A stretch of 64,000 bases of DNA, taken from the NCBI GenBank assembly GCA_903857495.1, contig CAIOFF010000034.1, positions 13,467 to 77,466 of the forward strand, written 5' to 3'. The stretch comes from an uncultured Holophagaceae bacterium (lineage in GTDB: Bacteria > Acidobacteriota > Holophagae > Holophagales > Holophagaceae). Positions 46,184 to 57,404 of this stretch are shown here, piece after piece; the first letter of the stretch is position 1; each line of letters begins with the position of its first letter. The position numbers were made by a program, and so were the translations under genes. The notes below the pieces were generated by a model that worked only from the letters and a program-made list of their open reading frames with translations, searched no databases and was not told the origin of the DNA.

Positions 46184-46830
46184 TGGGCACGGCGCTGCTC
46201 GCGCCCACCCTCGCCGCCCAGGGCCGGAAGCCCCTCGCCTGGGAGCGGCTCGCGCCCCTGGACTGGCAGGTCGGAGCCCGCCCCGCGTCGGAGCCGGTCC
46301 CGGCACCACCGGCCCCCTCCACCGGGTCCGTGGTGGTGGCGCTGACGGGCGATGGCACGCTGCGGGTCCGGGATGCCCGGGGCGTCCTCCAGCTGCAGGC
46401 GGGGCTGCCGGGGCGGCCTCTCCGAGCCTGGCGGGACGGCGGCTTGCCGCTGCCCACCGCCTCGGGCGAGTGGCGCTTTCCCGACAACGCACCTCTGAAG
46501 CAGGGGCTCGGTGGGCTGCACTGGGCGGCCGCGGACTTCCGGCCTTTCCTTGAGGGGCTGCTCTGGGTGCTCGAGGATGGCGAGGGCTTCCTCACGGTGG
46601 TCCATCCGGGCACGGCCCGCGTGATCCACCTGCCGCTGCCTCCGGGGCGAGACCTGCAGATCAAGTTTCTGCCGGACCGCCTTGAGGTGCTGGCCGGGGA
46701 TGTGGAGAAGGGCGCTCCAAGGCAGTGGTCTCTGCCCTGGATCGGTCTCCTGCCGCGCCTGGCGGCCCTCGGACCGCACCCGAATCCGGTCAAGCCCGGC
46801 ACCGCCCTCGCGCCCTTCCCGAAGGACTGA
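46159..46830 (+). CDS. Secreted hypothetical protein
   Basis: GTG start after GGAGG overlapping the tatD end; signal peptide LAA|QG. Confidence 0.65.
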   Translation: MRLGALLLMGTALLAPTLAAQGRKPLAWERLAPLDWQVGARPASEPVPAPPAPSTGSVVVALTGDGTLRVRDARGVLQLQAGLPGRPLRAWRDGGLPLPTASGEWRFPDNAPLKQGLGGLHWAAADFRPFLEGLLWVLEDGEGFLTVVHPGTARVIHLPLPPGRDLQIKFLPDRLEVLAGDVEKGAPRQWSLPWIGLLPRLAALGPHPNPVKPGTALAPFPKD

Positions 46831-46849
46831 GAACGCTCCCTTTGAGGAT

Positions 46850-46865
46850 TGGCACGCCCCTGGCT
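46850..46865 (+). promoter_or_regulatory. Putative sigma54 (-24/-12) promoter
   Basis: TGGCACG-cccc-TGGCT vs consensus TGGCACR-N4-TTGCW (one mismatch, GG/GC spacing intact), 56 nt before ATG 46922. Confidence 0.5.
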
Positions 46866-46921
46866 GCCTGAAGGGTGGAACCGATCGGCATGGACTCGGC
46901 ACCCAACCTTGTGGAGGGCTT

Positions 46922-48838
46922 ATGAGCATCACCCGCACCCCGACCCGGATCGCCCTGTTGTTGTTGCCTGCGGCCATCGTGATGGCGGCGCCCCAGGCGC
47001 CCGCAGCCCCGGAAGATGAGACCTACCAGGGCGAGGCTCCTGAGCGGTATGCCATGGTGCGCGCCCTGGAGGGCGAGGTGATCGTCTTCAAGGGAGAGGT
47101 GCAAGAAGCCCTCACCCGGGGCACCCCCATTGGCGAAGGCGATGTCGTGGAAAGCCGCGGTCGTGGCGTTCTGCAACTCGGTGACGGCACCCGCATCGCT
47201 TTCGGCAGCGCCACCCGCTTCACCGTGGCGGCGCTCTTCACCGACAAGAAGGGCGAGCGGCAGGTGCTGCTCCGTCTCGACTACGGGCGCGTTCGGGTGC
47301 TCCTGGGCGGCCAGTCTGATGCCCGGCTGCGCGTGGACACCCCTTCAGGTAGCGCCTCCGTCTTCGACAAGGGCTCCTTCAGTCTCGAGGCCGAGCGCGA
47401 CCGCACGGTGCGGCTGAAGGTGCACACCGGCCGCGTGACCTTTGCCAACGAGCGGAACGAGACTCGCGTCGCGGCGGGCGACCGGCTCACCGTCTACAGC
47501 CCCCAGGATGGCCTGGACCGCGTGCGCAGCTTCAACACCTATGACGGGGACGACTTCGACCGCTGGTGCGACCGGGCCATGGCTGTCCGCCAGGGCGAGA
47601 GCTGGCAGAGGGTGCCCTCCGAGATCCGCTACTACGCCGACGACCTGGACCAGAGCGGCCACTGGATCAACAGCCCCGAGTTCGGCTGGGTCTGGCAGCC
47701 CAACGGGGTCGCCGAGGACTGGCGCCCCTACTACCGTGGCCGCTGGGCGCCCTACGCCGGCGGCATGACCTGGATCTCCGACGAGCCCTGGGCCTACGTC
47801 GCCTACCACCACGGCCGCTGGCACTGGGCCGCGGGAGCGGGCTGGTTCTGGATCCCCGGCATCTACTACAGCCCCGCCTGGGTGGCCTGGAACCACAGCC
47901 CCGGCTATGCCGGCTGGGCGCCCCTCGGCTACCACAACGAGCCCTGCCACTGGGGCTACGGCGCCTGGGGCGGCGGCTACGCCTGGAACGTGGTGGCGGT
48001 CGGGCACCTGAACTTCGGCAACATCCACACCCGGATCACCATCAATACCGGCCTGCTGCGGACCTTCAACGGAGGCAGGGACCTGCACGCGCCCTGGCAG
48101 CGGTCACCGCTCATCGTCTCCCGGGCTGAGTTCCACAGCGGTCATGTGGACACGGCCTTCCGGCCGGAAGTCCACCGGGAGCGGCTGGGGGCCTACGAGC
48201 GCCAGGCCCAGGTGGCCACGGGCCGCGTCATCGTCCGGCGCGAGCTGCGCCCCGCCGGTCCTGCAGAGGTCCGTCCGGGCGGTCCCGCACCCGGACCGAG
48301 CCGCGCCCCCTTCGAGGAGCGGCGCACCAAGTCGATGGAGGGGCTCACCCCCAAAGAGCGGCCCCGCGACCTGACCCCCAGCCGGATCGAGACCTCGCCC
48401 CGCGAGCGCATGCCCGAGTCCCGGCCCAGGGCCGAGGAGCGGCGTCCCGAGACCTTGCCGCGCGAGCGGATGCCCGAGTCCCGGCCCAAGGCCGAGGAGC
48501 GTCGCCCTGAGACCTCACCCCGCGAGCGGATGCCCGAGTCCCGCCCCAAGGCCGAGGAGCGTCGCCCTGAGACCTCGCCCCGCGAGCGGATGCCCGAGTC
48601 CCGGCCCAAGGCCGAAGAGCGGCGTCCCGAGACCTCACCGCGTGAGCGGATGCCCGAGTCCCGCCCCAAGGCCGAGGAGCGGCGCCCTGAGACCTCGCCC
48701 CGTGAGCGGATGCCCGAGTCCCGGCCCCGGTCCGAAGAGCGGCGTCCCGAGGCCGCCCCCAAGCCCGAGGCAAAGCCCCACGAGGCTCCCCCCAAGCACG
48801 AGGTCCCCAAGGAGAAGCCAAGGGAAGAGCGCCACTGA
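46922..48838 (+). CDS. Secreted FecR-domain + DUF6600-like protein with repetitive C-terminal tail
   Basis: Signal peptide; FecR-like N-region (GEGDVVESRGRG.LQLGDG..I); DDLDQSGHW...EFGWVW.P, WRPY..GRW, DEPW....YHHGRW, W.PAWV.W. Confidence 0.8.
   Translation: MSITRTPTRIALLLLPAAIVMAAPQAPAAPEDETYQGEAPERYAMVRALEGEVIVFKGEVQEALTRGTPIGEGDVVESRGRGVLQLGDGTRIAFGSATRFTVAALFTDKKGERQVLLRLDYGRVRVLLGGQSDARLRVDTPSGSASVFDKGSFSLEAERDRTVRLKVHTGRVTFANERNETRVAAGDRLTVYSPQDGLDRVRSFNTYDGDDFDRWCDRAMAVRQGESWQRVPSEIRYYADDLDQSGHWINSPEFGWVWQPNGVAEDWRPYYRGRWAPYAGGMTWISDEPWAYVAYHHGRWHWAAGAGWFWIPGIYYSPAWVAWNHSPGYAGWAPLGYHNEPCHWGYGAWGGGYAWNVVAVGHLNFGNIHTRITINTGLLRTFNGGRDLHAPWQRSPLIVSRAEFHSGHVDTAFRPEVHRERLGAYERQAQVATGRVIVRRELRPAGPAEVRPGGPAPGPSRAPFEERRTKSMEGLTPKERPRDLTPSRIETSPRERMPESRPRAEERRPETLPRERMPESRPKAEERRPETSPRERMPESRPKAEERRPETSPRERMPESRPKAEERRPETSPRERMPESRPKAEERRPETSPRERMPESRPRSEERRPEAAPKPEAKPHEAPPKHEVPKEKPREERH
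48389..48748 (+). repeat. Six tandem 60-bp coding repeats (ETSPRERMPESRPKAEERRP)
   Basis: Directly visible near-identical 60-nt units. Confidence 0.97.
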
Positions 48839-48853
48839 CCCCCTTCACAGCAT

Positions 48854-48883
48854 GGAAAAGGGCCCCGAACGGGGCCCTTTTCC
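48854..48883. terminator. Bidirectional Rho-independent terminator
   Basis: GGAAAAGGGCCCC-gaac-GGGGCCCTTTTCC between convergent genes. Confidence 0.85.
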
Positions 48884-48913
48884 GATCTCCGCCGCACCGC
48901 GGCGGAGCAGCAG

Positions 48914-50698
<1,785 letters not shown>

Positions 50699-50862
50699 CT
50701 TGGACCTCCGGATTGGGTAGGGATCAAGATGGGCGGCAGGACGGTTCTTGACTAGTCTCTACCTCTGGTCAACGAGGCGTTACTTCGGGTAAAGGCGCGG
50801 CTCTGGTTCAATGGAAGTTCGCAGGAGCGCGCCTGAGCCAGTCTTCGGGCAGCGGAGGTGGG

Positions 50863-51558
50863 ATGCCGGAAGGCCGACAGGTGCAGCAGATGTTCTCGGC
50901 CATCGCCGGGAAATACGACGTGCTCAACCATGTCCTCTCGGGTGGCGTGGACTTCTGGTGGTGGTGGCGCATGGCCCGGGCCAGCGGTGCGGCGCCCGGC
51001 AAGCGGTTCCTGGACGTGGCGGCCGGCACCGGGGACTCCAGCGTGGCCCTGGCCCGCCGGGGCGCGGAAGTGCTCAGCACCGACTTCACCCACGCCATGC
51101 TGCGGCTGGGGCCGGCCAAGTTCGCCCGGAAGGGACTGGCGGGCCTCATCTGGGCCTCCAGCGACGCCGACGCCCAGCAGCTGCCCTTCCGGGACGCCAG
51201 CTTCGACGGCCTGACCATCTGCTACGGCATCCGCAACGTCGAGGACCGTCCCCGAGCCTACGCCGAGTTCCTCCGCGTCTTGAGGCCCGGCGGCCAGCTC
51301 ACCATCCTGGAGTTCAGCACCCCGGTGCTGCCCGGGCTGAGGGGCTTCTACACGTGGTACAGCCTGCGCGTGCTGCCCCGGATCGGAGCCTGGATCAGCG
51401 GGGACGGCTCGGCCTACACCTACCTGCCCGAGAGCATCCGGACCTTCCCAGATCAGCGGGCACTCGCGGCGGAACTGGCGTCAGCGGGCTTCCAGGGGGT
51501 CCACTGGACCAACCTCACGGGCGGCATCGTGGCGCTGCATGTGGGTCTGAAGGGCTGA
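50863..51558 (+). CDS. ubiE: Ubiquinone/menaquinone biosynthesis C-methyltransferase (UbiE/MenG)
   Basis: MFSAIAGKYDVLNHVLS.G.D..W, LDVAAGTGD, YGIRNV, LEFS.P, YTYLPESI..FP. Confidence 0.93.
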   Translation: MPEGRQVQQMFSAIAGKYDVLNHVLSGGVDFWWWWRMARASGAAPGKRFLDVAAGTGDSSVALARRGAEVLSTDFTHAMLRLGPAKFARKGLAGLIWASSDADAQQLPFRDASFDGLTICYGIRNVEDRPRAYAEFLRVLRPGGQLTILEFSTPVLPGLRGFYTWYSLRVLPRIGAWISGDGSAYTYLPESIRTFPDQRALAAELASAGFQGVHWTNLTGGIVALHVGLKG

Positions 51559-51562
51559 GGGC

Positions 51563-53020
51563 TCAAGCCATCCGGTGGCGCTCGGCCACCATCTGATCGA
51601 TGATCTGCACCACTTCCTCGCTGGCCCGCTCGGCGTCCTCGAAGTGGGCGTAGATGTCGCCCTGGGTGACCGGGTCGTTCTCCCAGTGGGTGCCCAGCAG
51701 CGCCACGGCCTGGTGGACGCTGGCATGGACCCGGGTGTGCGGCTGTTCCAGCCGGGGGTAGGAAGGCACGTGGGAGAAGCTGGTGGCGCCGTCTCCCTCG
51801 TAGTACCAGGTGCCCAGGCGGCAGCCCCGGTGGTCCGTCTGGATGGCCCGGGCCTCCGGCGAGCCGGCCCCCTGGTGCAGCACGCGGTAGCCGTTCTGCT
51901 TGTAGAGGAAGTGGTCCATCTTCACCAGGGAGGCGAAGCTGAAGTCCTGGGCCCGGCTGATCTGGGTGAAGGAGGTCTTGGCGGAGTCGGCGAACTTCAG
52001 GACCTGGGCCCGGAACTCGGTCACGGCGCTCCGGCTGCCCTCGGCGATCTCCTTGACCTGGCGGGAGTCGTTGATCATCCGGTTGGTGGCCTGGCCGAAG
52101 GACTCAATGGTCGCGGCGATGCTGGCGGCGGCGTCCTTGGTGTTCTCGGAGAGGGTGCGCACCTCCTCGGCCACCACGGCGAAGCCCTTGCCCACGTCGC
52201 CCGCGTGGGCGGCCTCGATAGCGGCGTTCAGGGCCAGGAGGTTGGTGCGGTCGGCCACGTCGGTGATGACCTGGACGATCTGGTTGATCTCCTCCCCCTT
52301 CTCGTGGAGGAGGGTGATCTGGGCGTTGGTTTCGGCCACCATCTCGGCCACCTGATTCAGGTTCGCAACCAGGTCCTCGATGGTGGTGCGGCTGCCGTCG
52401 GCCTCCTTGGCCGTCTCCCGGGAGAGCTGGCCGACGATGGACAGCTCCTGGGTCATGTTCATCAGGTATTCCTGGATGGACTTCAGGTTCCCGATGAGGT
52501 TGCCGGAGTTCAGGTCGGTGATGCGCGTGATGAGCTTCTCCTTGAGGGCCATCTGCTGCACCTGGCCCATGCTCTCCACCGAGACGTTGATGCGCTGCAT
52601 GCCGTCCTTGAAGGCCCCGTGCAGACCCTGGTCCATGGCCAGCCGGAAGGTCTGCCCCCGGGAGGCGTGGTCGAAGGCGGAGAACACCTCGCGGAAGTAG
52701 GCCTCCTGCTGGTCGAGCAGGTCGTTGAGGGCCCAGGCCAGCTTCCCGGTGGCGGCGCCTTTCTTGATGCCGGTGATGCGCTGGTCCAGGTTGCCCAGGG
52801 CCGCGGCTTCCAGCTGCCCCGTGATCTTGCCGACGGCGTTCAGGATGCGGTGCACGGTGTAGTAGGTCAGGGTCAGCACCGCGGCCGTCAGGGCGAAGGC
52901 GGCCCAGGCTGCGGTCGAGTAGCCGCCAGAACCCAGTCCCAGGTAGGCGAACCCTAGGAACAGGCCGAAGCTGAGGGCCACCAGCAGGTGGACCCTAGAG
53001 CCCAAAGACAAATTCTTCAT
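51563..53020 (-). CDS. Chemoreceptor without periplasmic domain, with C-terminal CZB (zinc-binding) domain
   Basis: Two closely spaced TMs; [29 protein letters not shown]; CZB motifs DHFLYK, DH..CRLG.WY, H..VH. Confidence 0.9.
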   Translation of the reverse strand: MKNLSLGSRVHLLVALSFGLFLGFAYLGLGSGGYSTAAWAAFALTAAVLTLTYYTVHRILNAVGKITGQLEAAALGNLDQRITGIKKGAATGKLAWALNDLLDQQEAYFREVFSAFDHASRGQTFRLAMDQGLHGAFKDGMQRINVSVESMGQVQQMALKEKLITRITDLNSGNLIGNLKSIQEYLMNMTQELSIVGQLSRETAKEADGSRTTIEDLVANLNQVAEMVAETNAQITLLHEKGEEINQIVQVITDVADRTNLLALNAAIEAAHAGDVGKGFAVVAEEVRTLSENTKDAAASIAATIESFGQATNRMINDSRQVKEIAEGSRSAVTEFRAQVLKFADSAKTSFTQISRAQDFSFASLVKMDHFLYKQNGYRVLHQGAGSPEARAIQTDHRGCRLGTWYYEGDGATSFSHVPSYPRLEQPHTRVHASVHQAVALLGTHWENDPVTQGDIYAHFEDAERASEEVVQIIDQMVAERHRMA

Positions 53021-53516
53021 AGCTCAAGCCCTTCTGTTCGAGTGTCTGGTTGAGGAGTGCAAGAGAGGCCTTCATGCCGGCCTGGCCATCTCCGGCCCGC
53101 CGCTCGGCTTCCAGCAGGGCCTGGTAGACGCCGCTGATGGCCTGGATGGCCTCGGGCCGGGGCTTCCGGCGGACGGAGTAGTAGCCGATGAGGCTGCCCC
53201 TGGAGTCCAGGGAGGGCGTGATGTTGGCCCACACCCAGTAGAAGCTGCCGTCCTTGGCCAGGTTCTTCACGTAGGCGGAGATCTCGCGCTTGGCCTGGAT
53301 GGTGTCCCAGAGCAGCTTGAACACCACCCGGGGCATGTCCGGGTGGCGCAGGATGTTGTGCGGGGCGCCCAGCAGCTCCCGCTCGGCGTAGCCGGACATG
53401 GCGATGAAGGTGCGGTTGCCGTAGGTGATGAGGCCCTTCAGGTCCGTCTTCGAGACGATGAAGTCATCCTCTGCCATCACGCGTTCGTTCGAGGTCGGTA
53501 GGGGCCGGGCGGTCAT
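52995..53516 (-). CDS. Stand-alone Aer-type PAS protein (CetB-like)
   Basis: IVSKTD..G.ITY.N..F...SGY...EL.G.PHNI.RHPDMP...F..LW.TI, VKN..KDG..YWV; overlaps MCP start. Confidence 0.9.
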   Translation of the reverse strand: MTARPLPTSNERVMAEDDFIVSKTDLKGLITYGNRTFIAMSGYAERELLGAPHNILRHPDMPRVVFKLLWDTIQAKREISAYVKNLAKDGSFYWVWANITPSLDSRGSLIGYYSVRRKPRPEAIQAISGVYQALLEAERRAGDGQAGMKASLALLNQTLEQKGLSYEEFVFGL

Positions 53517-53588
53517 AGGGGGAGTCTCCACTCCTCTGCTATCGGCTACGGAGCCCTCTCCCCCTGAGTTCTGCCAAAACCCGGGCGT

Positions 53589-55166
53589 TCAGACCTTGAA
53601 CAGGGCCACTTCCTCCCGGATGCTCTCCGCGATGCGGGACAGCTCCGAGGAGGTGGCTGCCACCTCGGTGATCGTGGCCGAGAGCTGGTGGCTGGCAGAG
53701 GCATTCTGCCGCACATCCTCGGAGACCTGGCCCACCAGGGACCCGACCTCGTGGCTGATGCGCACCTGCTCGCCCGCCGAGCGCCCGATGCGGGTGGCCA
53801 TCGCGACCGACTCCTGCACGTGGGCCTGGATCTGCTGGAGGGCCTTGGTGGTGGCTTCGGTGGTGAGGGTGCCCTTGCCCAGCGCCTGATCCGTGGCGCT
53901 GATGAGCTGGTTGATCTGATGGGTGGCCTGGGCGCTGCGCTCGGCGAGCTTCCGCACCTCCTCGGCCACCACGGCGAAGCCCTTGCCCATCTGGCCCGCC
54001 TTGGCGGCTTCGATGGCCGCGTTGAGGGAGAGCAGGTTGGTCTGCCGGGCGATGTCCTGGATCACGGAGACGGCGCTGATCATCTGGGCGGTCGCCTCTC
54101 GGATCTCATCCATGGCCCTGGCCGTGTCCTGGCCCGTGGTGATCCCGTGCTGGATGGCCTGCTCGGAACCCTCGGAGTGGGTGTGGGACTGCTCCGCCAG
54201 CTTGATCACCTCCTCCAGCGAAGCCAGGAGGGTCTGCATGGCATTCCCCATGGCCTGGGCGCTGCCCTGGGTGGACTGGGTGTGGGAATCCAGCAGGTTG
54301 GCCGTCTCGGAGAGGGAGGAGGCGGTGACAGAGAGCTGGGTGGAGCCGCTGGCGACGCCCTGGGAGTGAAGCCCCAGGCGCTGGAAGAACAGCTGGTAGA
54401 ACTCCGTAAGGCGGTTGGCCTTTGCCGCGATGCGGCAGAGCTCATCCTGGCCCGCCACCGGGAGCCGCCGGGTGAGGTCGCCCTTGCCGCTGGCCAGTTC
54501 CTCCATGGCCTGATCCAGCGCTCCCAGCCGTTGCTGGATGCTCCGGATGGACACCAGGCCCAGCCCCGCCCCCAGGGCGATGGCCGCCAGGGCCACGATG
54601 ATGGCCAGGGTGATGGCCCTGCCGAGGCTGCGGTTGGCCTGCTCCTTGGCCGCGGCCATGGCCAGCTCCTGGGCTCGGACCCGCTCCAGGAGCTGGGTCC
54701 GCAGCTCGCGCCAGAGGGGCGTGACCTCGGCCTTCGTGAGGGTCGCCCCGGCGGCGGGGGGGAGGGCCTTGTCCCGGATGGGTGCCTGCAGGGCCAGGAG
54801 CCGGGTCCACTTGTCCTGGATGCCCGCCAGGGACTTCCGGGCCTCGGGGCGCTCCCCCAGGAGGGCCGGGGCGCCCTGCAGGGCGTCGTTGAACTCCTTC
54901 ACGGCGCCGTCGTAGTTCTCGTAGGCCTTGGTGTTCGCCGAATCCAGCAGGATGTTGCGGAGGGCCTGACCCGTCTGGAGACCATAGGCGTAGAGCCGGG
55001 TGTAGAGGAGCAGCTCCGGGGCTTCGTGGTCTGCATAGGCAAGGAAGGTCGACCGGCCCTGCTGGAGCCCCTGGAGGGCCACCAGGAGGGCCGCAGCGAA
55101 GAGGAGGGCCGTGACCCCCGTGGCGAAAAAGAGTCGGGTGGCGATGGTGCGAGCGTTCTTGAACAC
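53589..55166 (-). CDS. Methyl-accepting chemotaxis protein (periplasmic sensor, HAMP)
   Basis: Two TMs, [31 protein letters not shown]; GTG 55166 (alternative ATG 55190). Confidence 0.93.
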   Translation of the reverse strand: MFKNARTIATRLFFATGVTALLFAAALLVALQGLQQGRSTFLAYADHEAPELLLYTRLYAYGLQTGQALRNILLDSANTKAYENYDGAVKEFNDALQGAPALLGERPEARKSLAGIQDKWTRLLALQAPIRDKALPPAAGATLTKAEVTPLWRELRTQLLERVRAQELAMAAAKEQANRSLGRAITLAIIVALAAIALGAGLGLVSIRSIQQRLGALDQAMEELASGKGDLTRRLPVAGQDELCRIAAKANRLTEFYQLFFQRLGLHSQGVASGSTQLSVTASSLSETANLLDSHTQSTQGSAQAMGNAMQTLLASLEEVIKLAEQSHTHSEGSEQAIQHGITTGQDTARAMDEIREATAQMISAVSVIQDIARQTNLLSLNAAIEAAKAGQMGKGFAVVAEEVRKLAERSAQATHQINQLISATDQALGKGTLTTEATTKALQQIQAHVQESVAMATRIGRSAGEQVRISHEVGSLVGQVSEDVRQNASASHQLSATITEVAATSSELSRIAESIREEVALFKV

Positions 55167-55249
55167 TTTCCCCTCCGGAGCTAACTGCATCCAGCCTTCC
55201 CATCGGCAGGATTTCCGGAATATTAAGTGATGGATAAAGGACGTTTAAG

Positions 55250-55798
55250 TCACAAGAGCCGCTTCTGGCTCCCAGGGTGGTTCAGCACCACCTGCTTGAC
55301 GCGGTCGATCCAGGTGGACCGGGCGCCGGGTTCCAGGCGCTCGTGGGGCAGGCCGCGCTCGGCGAGGAGGCGGTCCACCAGCTGATCCACGGCCTCGGCG
55401 AAGAAGGCGTCCGTGTCCCGGATGCCGTCCGGGGCCAGCTGGCCCTCGAAGGGCACCTTGAAGAGCAGGTCGTAGCTCTTCATCCAGTGGTGCATGTAGC
55501 GCTCGATGGGCAGCTGGCGGCCACAGGCCAGCATCAGGTAGGCGTAGTTGTCCAGCACGCTGCGGTCGCAGACCAGCACGTCATGCTGGCTGGCCGAGCG
55601 GATCTCCTCGGCCATCTGGGTGAGGAAGATCCAGGTCTGGGCCTCCAGGGAGGTCTTCTGGTTGATGGGCAGGGGCGAGAGCCGCGCCACTTCCTTCACG
55701 ATGTCCACATGGACGCCCTCCCGCTTGAGGGCTGCGGCCAGCTCATAGCAGAGGGTGGTCTTGCCCACGCCGTGGGTGCCGATGAATGCGACTTTCAT
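55250..55798 (-). CDS. P-loop NTPase, AAA_28/NadR-kinase-like
   Basis: GTHGVGKTT Walker A; CDRSVLDNYAY. Confidence 0.8.
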   Translation of the reverse strand: MKVAFIGTHGVGKTTLCYELAAALKREGVHVDIVKEVARLSPLPINQKTSLEAQTWIFLTQMAEEIRSASQHDVLVCDRSVLDNYAYLMLACGRQLPIERYMHHWMKSYDLLFKVPFEGQLAPDGIRDTDAFFAEAVDQLVDRLLAERGLPHERLEPGARSTWIDRVKQVVLNHPGSQKRLL

Positions 55799-55854
55799 CT
55801 CTCCAGTATCCCGGGGCCGGGCACCCCGGAAATGTGTTCTGCATCACCTTGGGC

Positions 55855-57378
55855 TCAGAACAGGCTGCTGCCGTCCATGACGTCGGGCTGGGGCAGGCTG
55901 AACAGCTTCAGGAGGGTGGGGGCCACGTCGCTGAGGGCGCCGCCGGCGCGGAGCTGCCGGGCCTCGAAGCCCCTGGCGACCAGCACGGCGGGCACTAGGT
56001 TCAGGGTGTGGGCCGTGTGGGGGTTGCCGCCCTCGTCGCGCATGCACTCGCAGTTGCCGTGGTCGGCGGTGATAAAGAGAGCGCCCCCGGCGGCCAGGGT
56101 GGCGTCGGCGATGCGGCCCACGGCGGCGTCCACGGCCTCGCAGGCGGTGACGGCAGCAGCCAGATCGCCCGTGTGGCCGATCATGTCGGGGTTGGCGAGA
56201 TTGCAGACCAGCAGCCGGTAGGTGCCGGAGGCGATGGCGGCCTCCAGGCCCTGGCTCACGTCTGCCAGGCTCATCTCGGGCTGCAGGTCATAGGTGGCCA
56301 CCTTGGGCGAGGGCACCAGGCGCCGCTCCTCGTGGTCGAAGGGCACCTCTCGGCCACCGTTGAAGAAGTAGGTCACGTGGGCGTATTTCTCGGTCTCGGC
56401 GGTGCGGAACTGCGGCCAGCCCTGGGCGCTGATGAGCTCGCCCAGGATCAGGTCCAGGCTCTGCGGCGGATAGGCCACGCTCAGGTAGGGCTCCAACTCG
56501 CCATCGTAGGCGGTGAAGGTGAGCAACTTCACCGCGGGGCGGTGCCTGGGCGTGAAGGCCGTGAAGCCCGGATGCACCAGGGCGTGGCACAGCTGGCGGG
56601 CCCGGTCTGCCCGGAAGTTGAAGAAGAGCACCCCGTCGCCGTCGGCGAAGGGCTGGAAGGTGTCCAGGGCCGTGGGCGCCACGAACTCGTCCGTCTCGCC
56701 CCGCGCATAGGCGGCGGCGATGGCCGCGAGGGCATCCGGAGCGCGCTGGGCGGCCTCTCCATCCACGTAGAGCTTCCAGGCCTGCTCGGTCCGCTCCCAG
56801 CGCTTGTCGCGGTCCATGGCGGTGTAGCGGCCGCACACGGAGCCGATCGTCACCAGGGGGCAGGTGCGGAGCTGGAAGGTGAGCCACTGGAGGAAGCCGT
56901 CGGCGCTCTTCTGGCCCGTGTCCCGGCCGTCGGTGATGGCGTGGACGGTGGTGGGAATGCCCTCAGCCTGGGCCCACTGGGCCAGGGCCACGATGTGGTT
57001 CTGGTGGCTGTGGACGCCGCCGTCGCTCACCAGGCCCAGGAGGTGCAGCCGCTTGCCGGAGGCCTTCAGCCCGGCCAGCAGCGTGGTGATGGGGGGATTC
57101 TCGCGGAAGGTGCCACGCCGGATGGCGGCGTCGATCCGCGTGAGCTCCTGCCAGACCACGCGGCCGGCGCCCAGGTTCATGTGGCCGACCTCGGAGTTGC
57201 CGAACTGCCCCTCGGGCAGGCCCACGGCCTCGCCGCTGGTGCCCAGCTGGGTGGTGGCGTAGTCCTTCCGCAGGGCGTTGAACCGGGGCATCGAGGCCAC
57301 GAAGGTGGCGTCGAAGGCGTTCCGCGGACCGTCGCCGAAGCCGTCCAGGATGAGGAGGGTGATGGGGCCTTGGATCAT
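55855..57378 (-). CDS. gpmI: 2,3-bisphosphoglycerate-independent phosphoglycerate mutase
   Basis: ILDGFG, GNSEVGH, HSH, DGRDT, MDRDKRW, NFRADRARQL, AETEKYAHVT, NPDMIGHTG, TADHGN. Confidence 0.97.
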   Translation of the reverse strand: MIQGPITLLILDGFGDGPRNAFDATFVASMPRFNALRKDYATTQLGTSGEAVGLPEGQFGNSEVGHMNLGAGRVVWQELTRIDAAIRRGTFRENPPITTLLAGLKASGKRLHLLGLVSDGGVHSHQNHIVALAQWAQAEGIPTTVHAITDGRDTGQKSADGFLQWLTFQLRTCPLVTIGSVCGRYTAMDRDKRWERTEQAWKLYVDGEAAQRAPDALAAIAAAYARGETDEFVAPTALDTFQPFADGDGVLFFNFRADRARQLCHALVHPGFTAFTPRHRPAVKLLTFTAYDGELEPYLSVAYPPQSLDLILGELISAQGWPQFRTAETEKYAHVTYFFNGGREVPFDHEERRLVPSPKVATYDLQPEMSLADVSQGLEAAIASGTYRLLVCNLANPDMIGHTGDLAAAVTACEAVDAAVGRIADATLAAGGALFITADHGNCECMRDEGGNPHTAHTLNLVPAVLVARGFEARQLRAGGALSDVAPTLLKLFSLPQPDVMDGSSLF

Positions 57379-57404
57379 GGGTCCTTCTCTCGGCGGTGGC
57401 GTGC

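Noticed and set aside
48389-48748. 60-bp tandem repeats as a CRISPR array
   Set aside because: No spacers; in-frame coding repeats within a gene.
50748-50772. TTGAC-N15-GTCAA inverted repeat between divergent ACAD and ubiE genes
   Set aside because: Only 5-bp arms and no matching -10 boxes; too weak to call.
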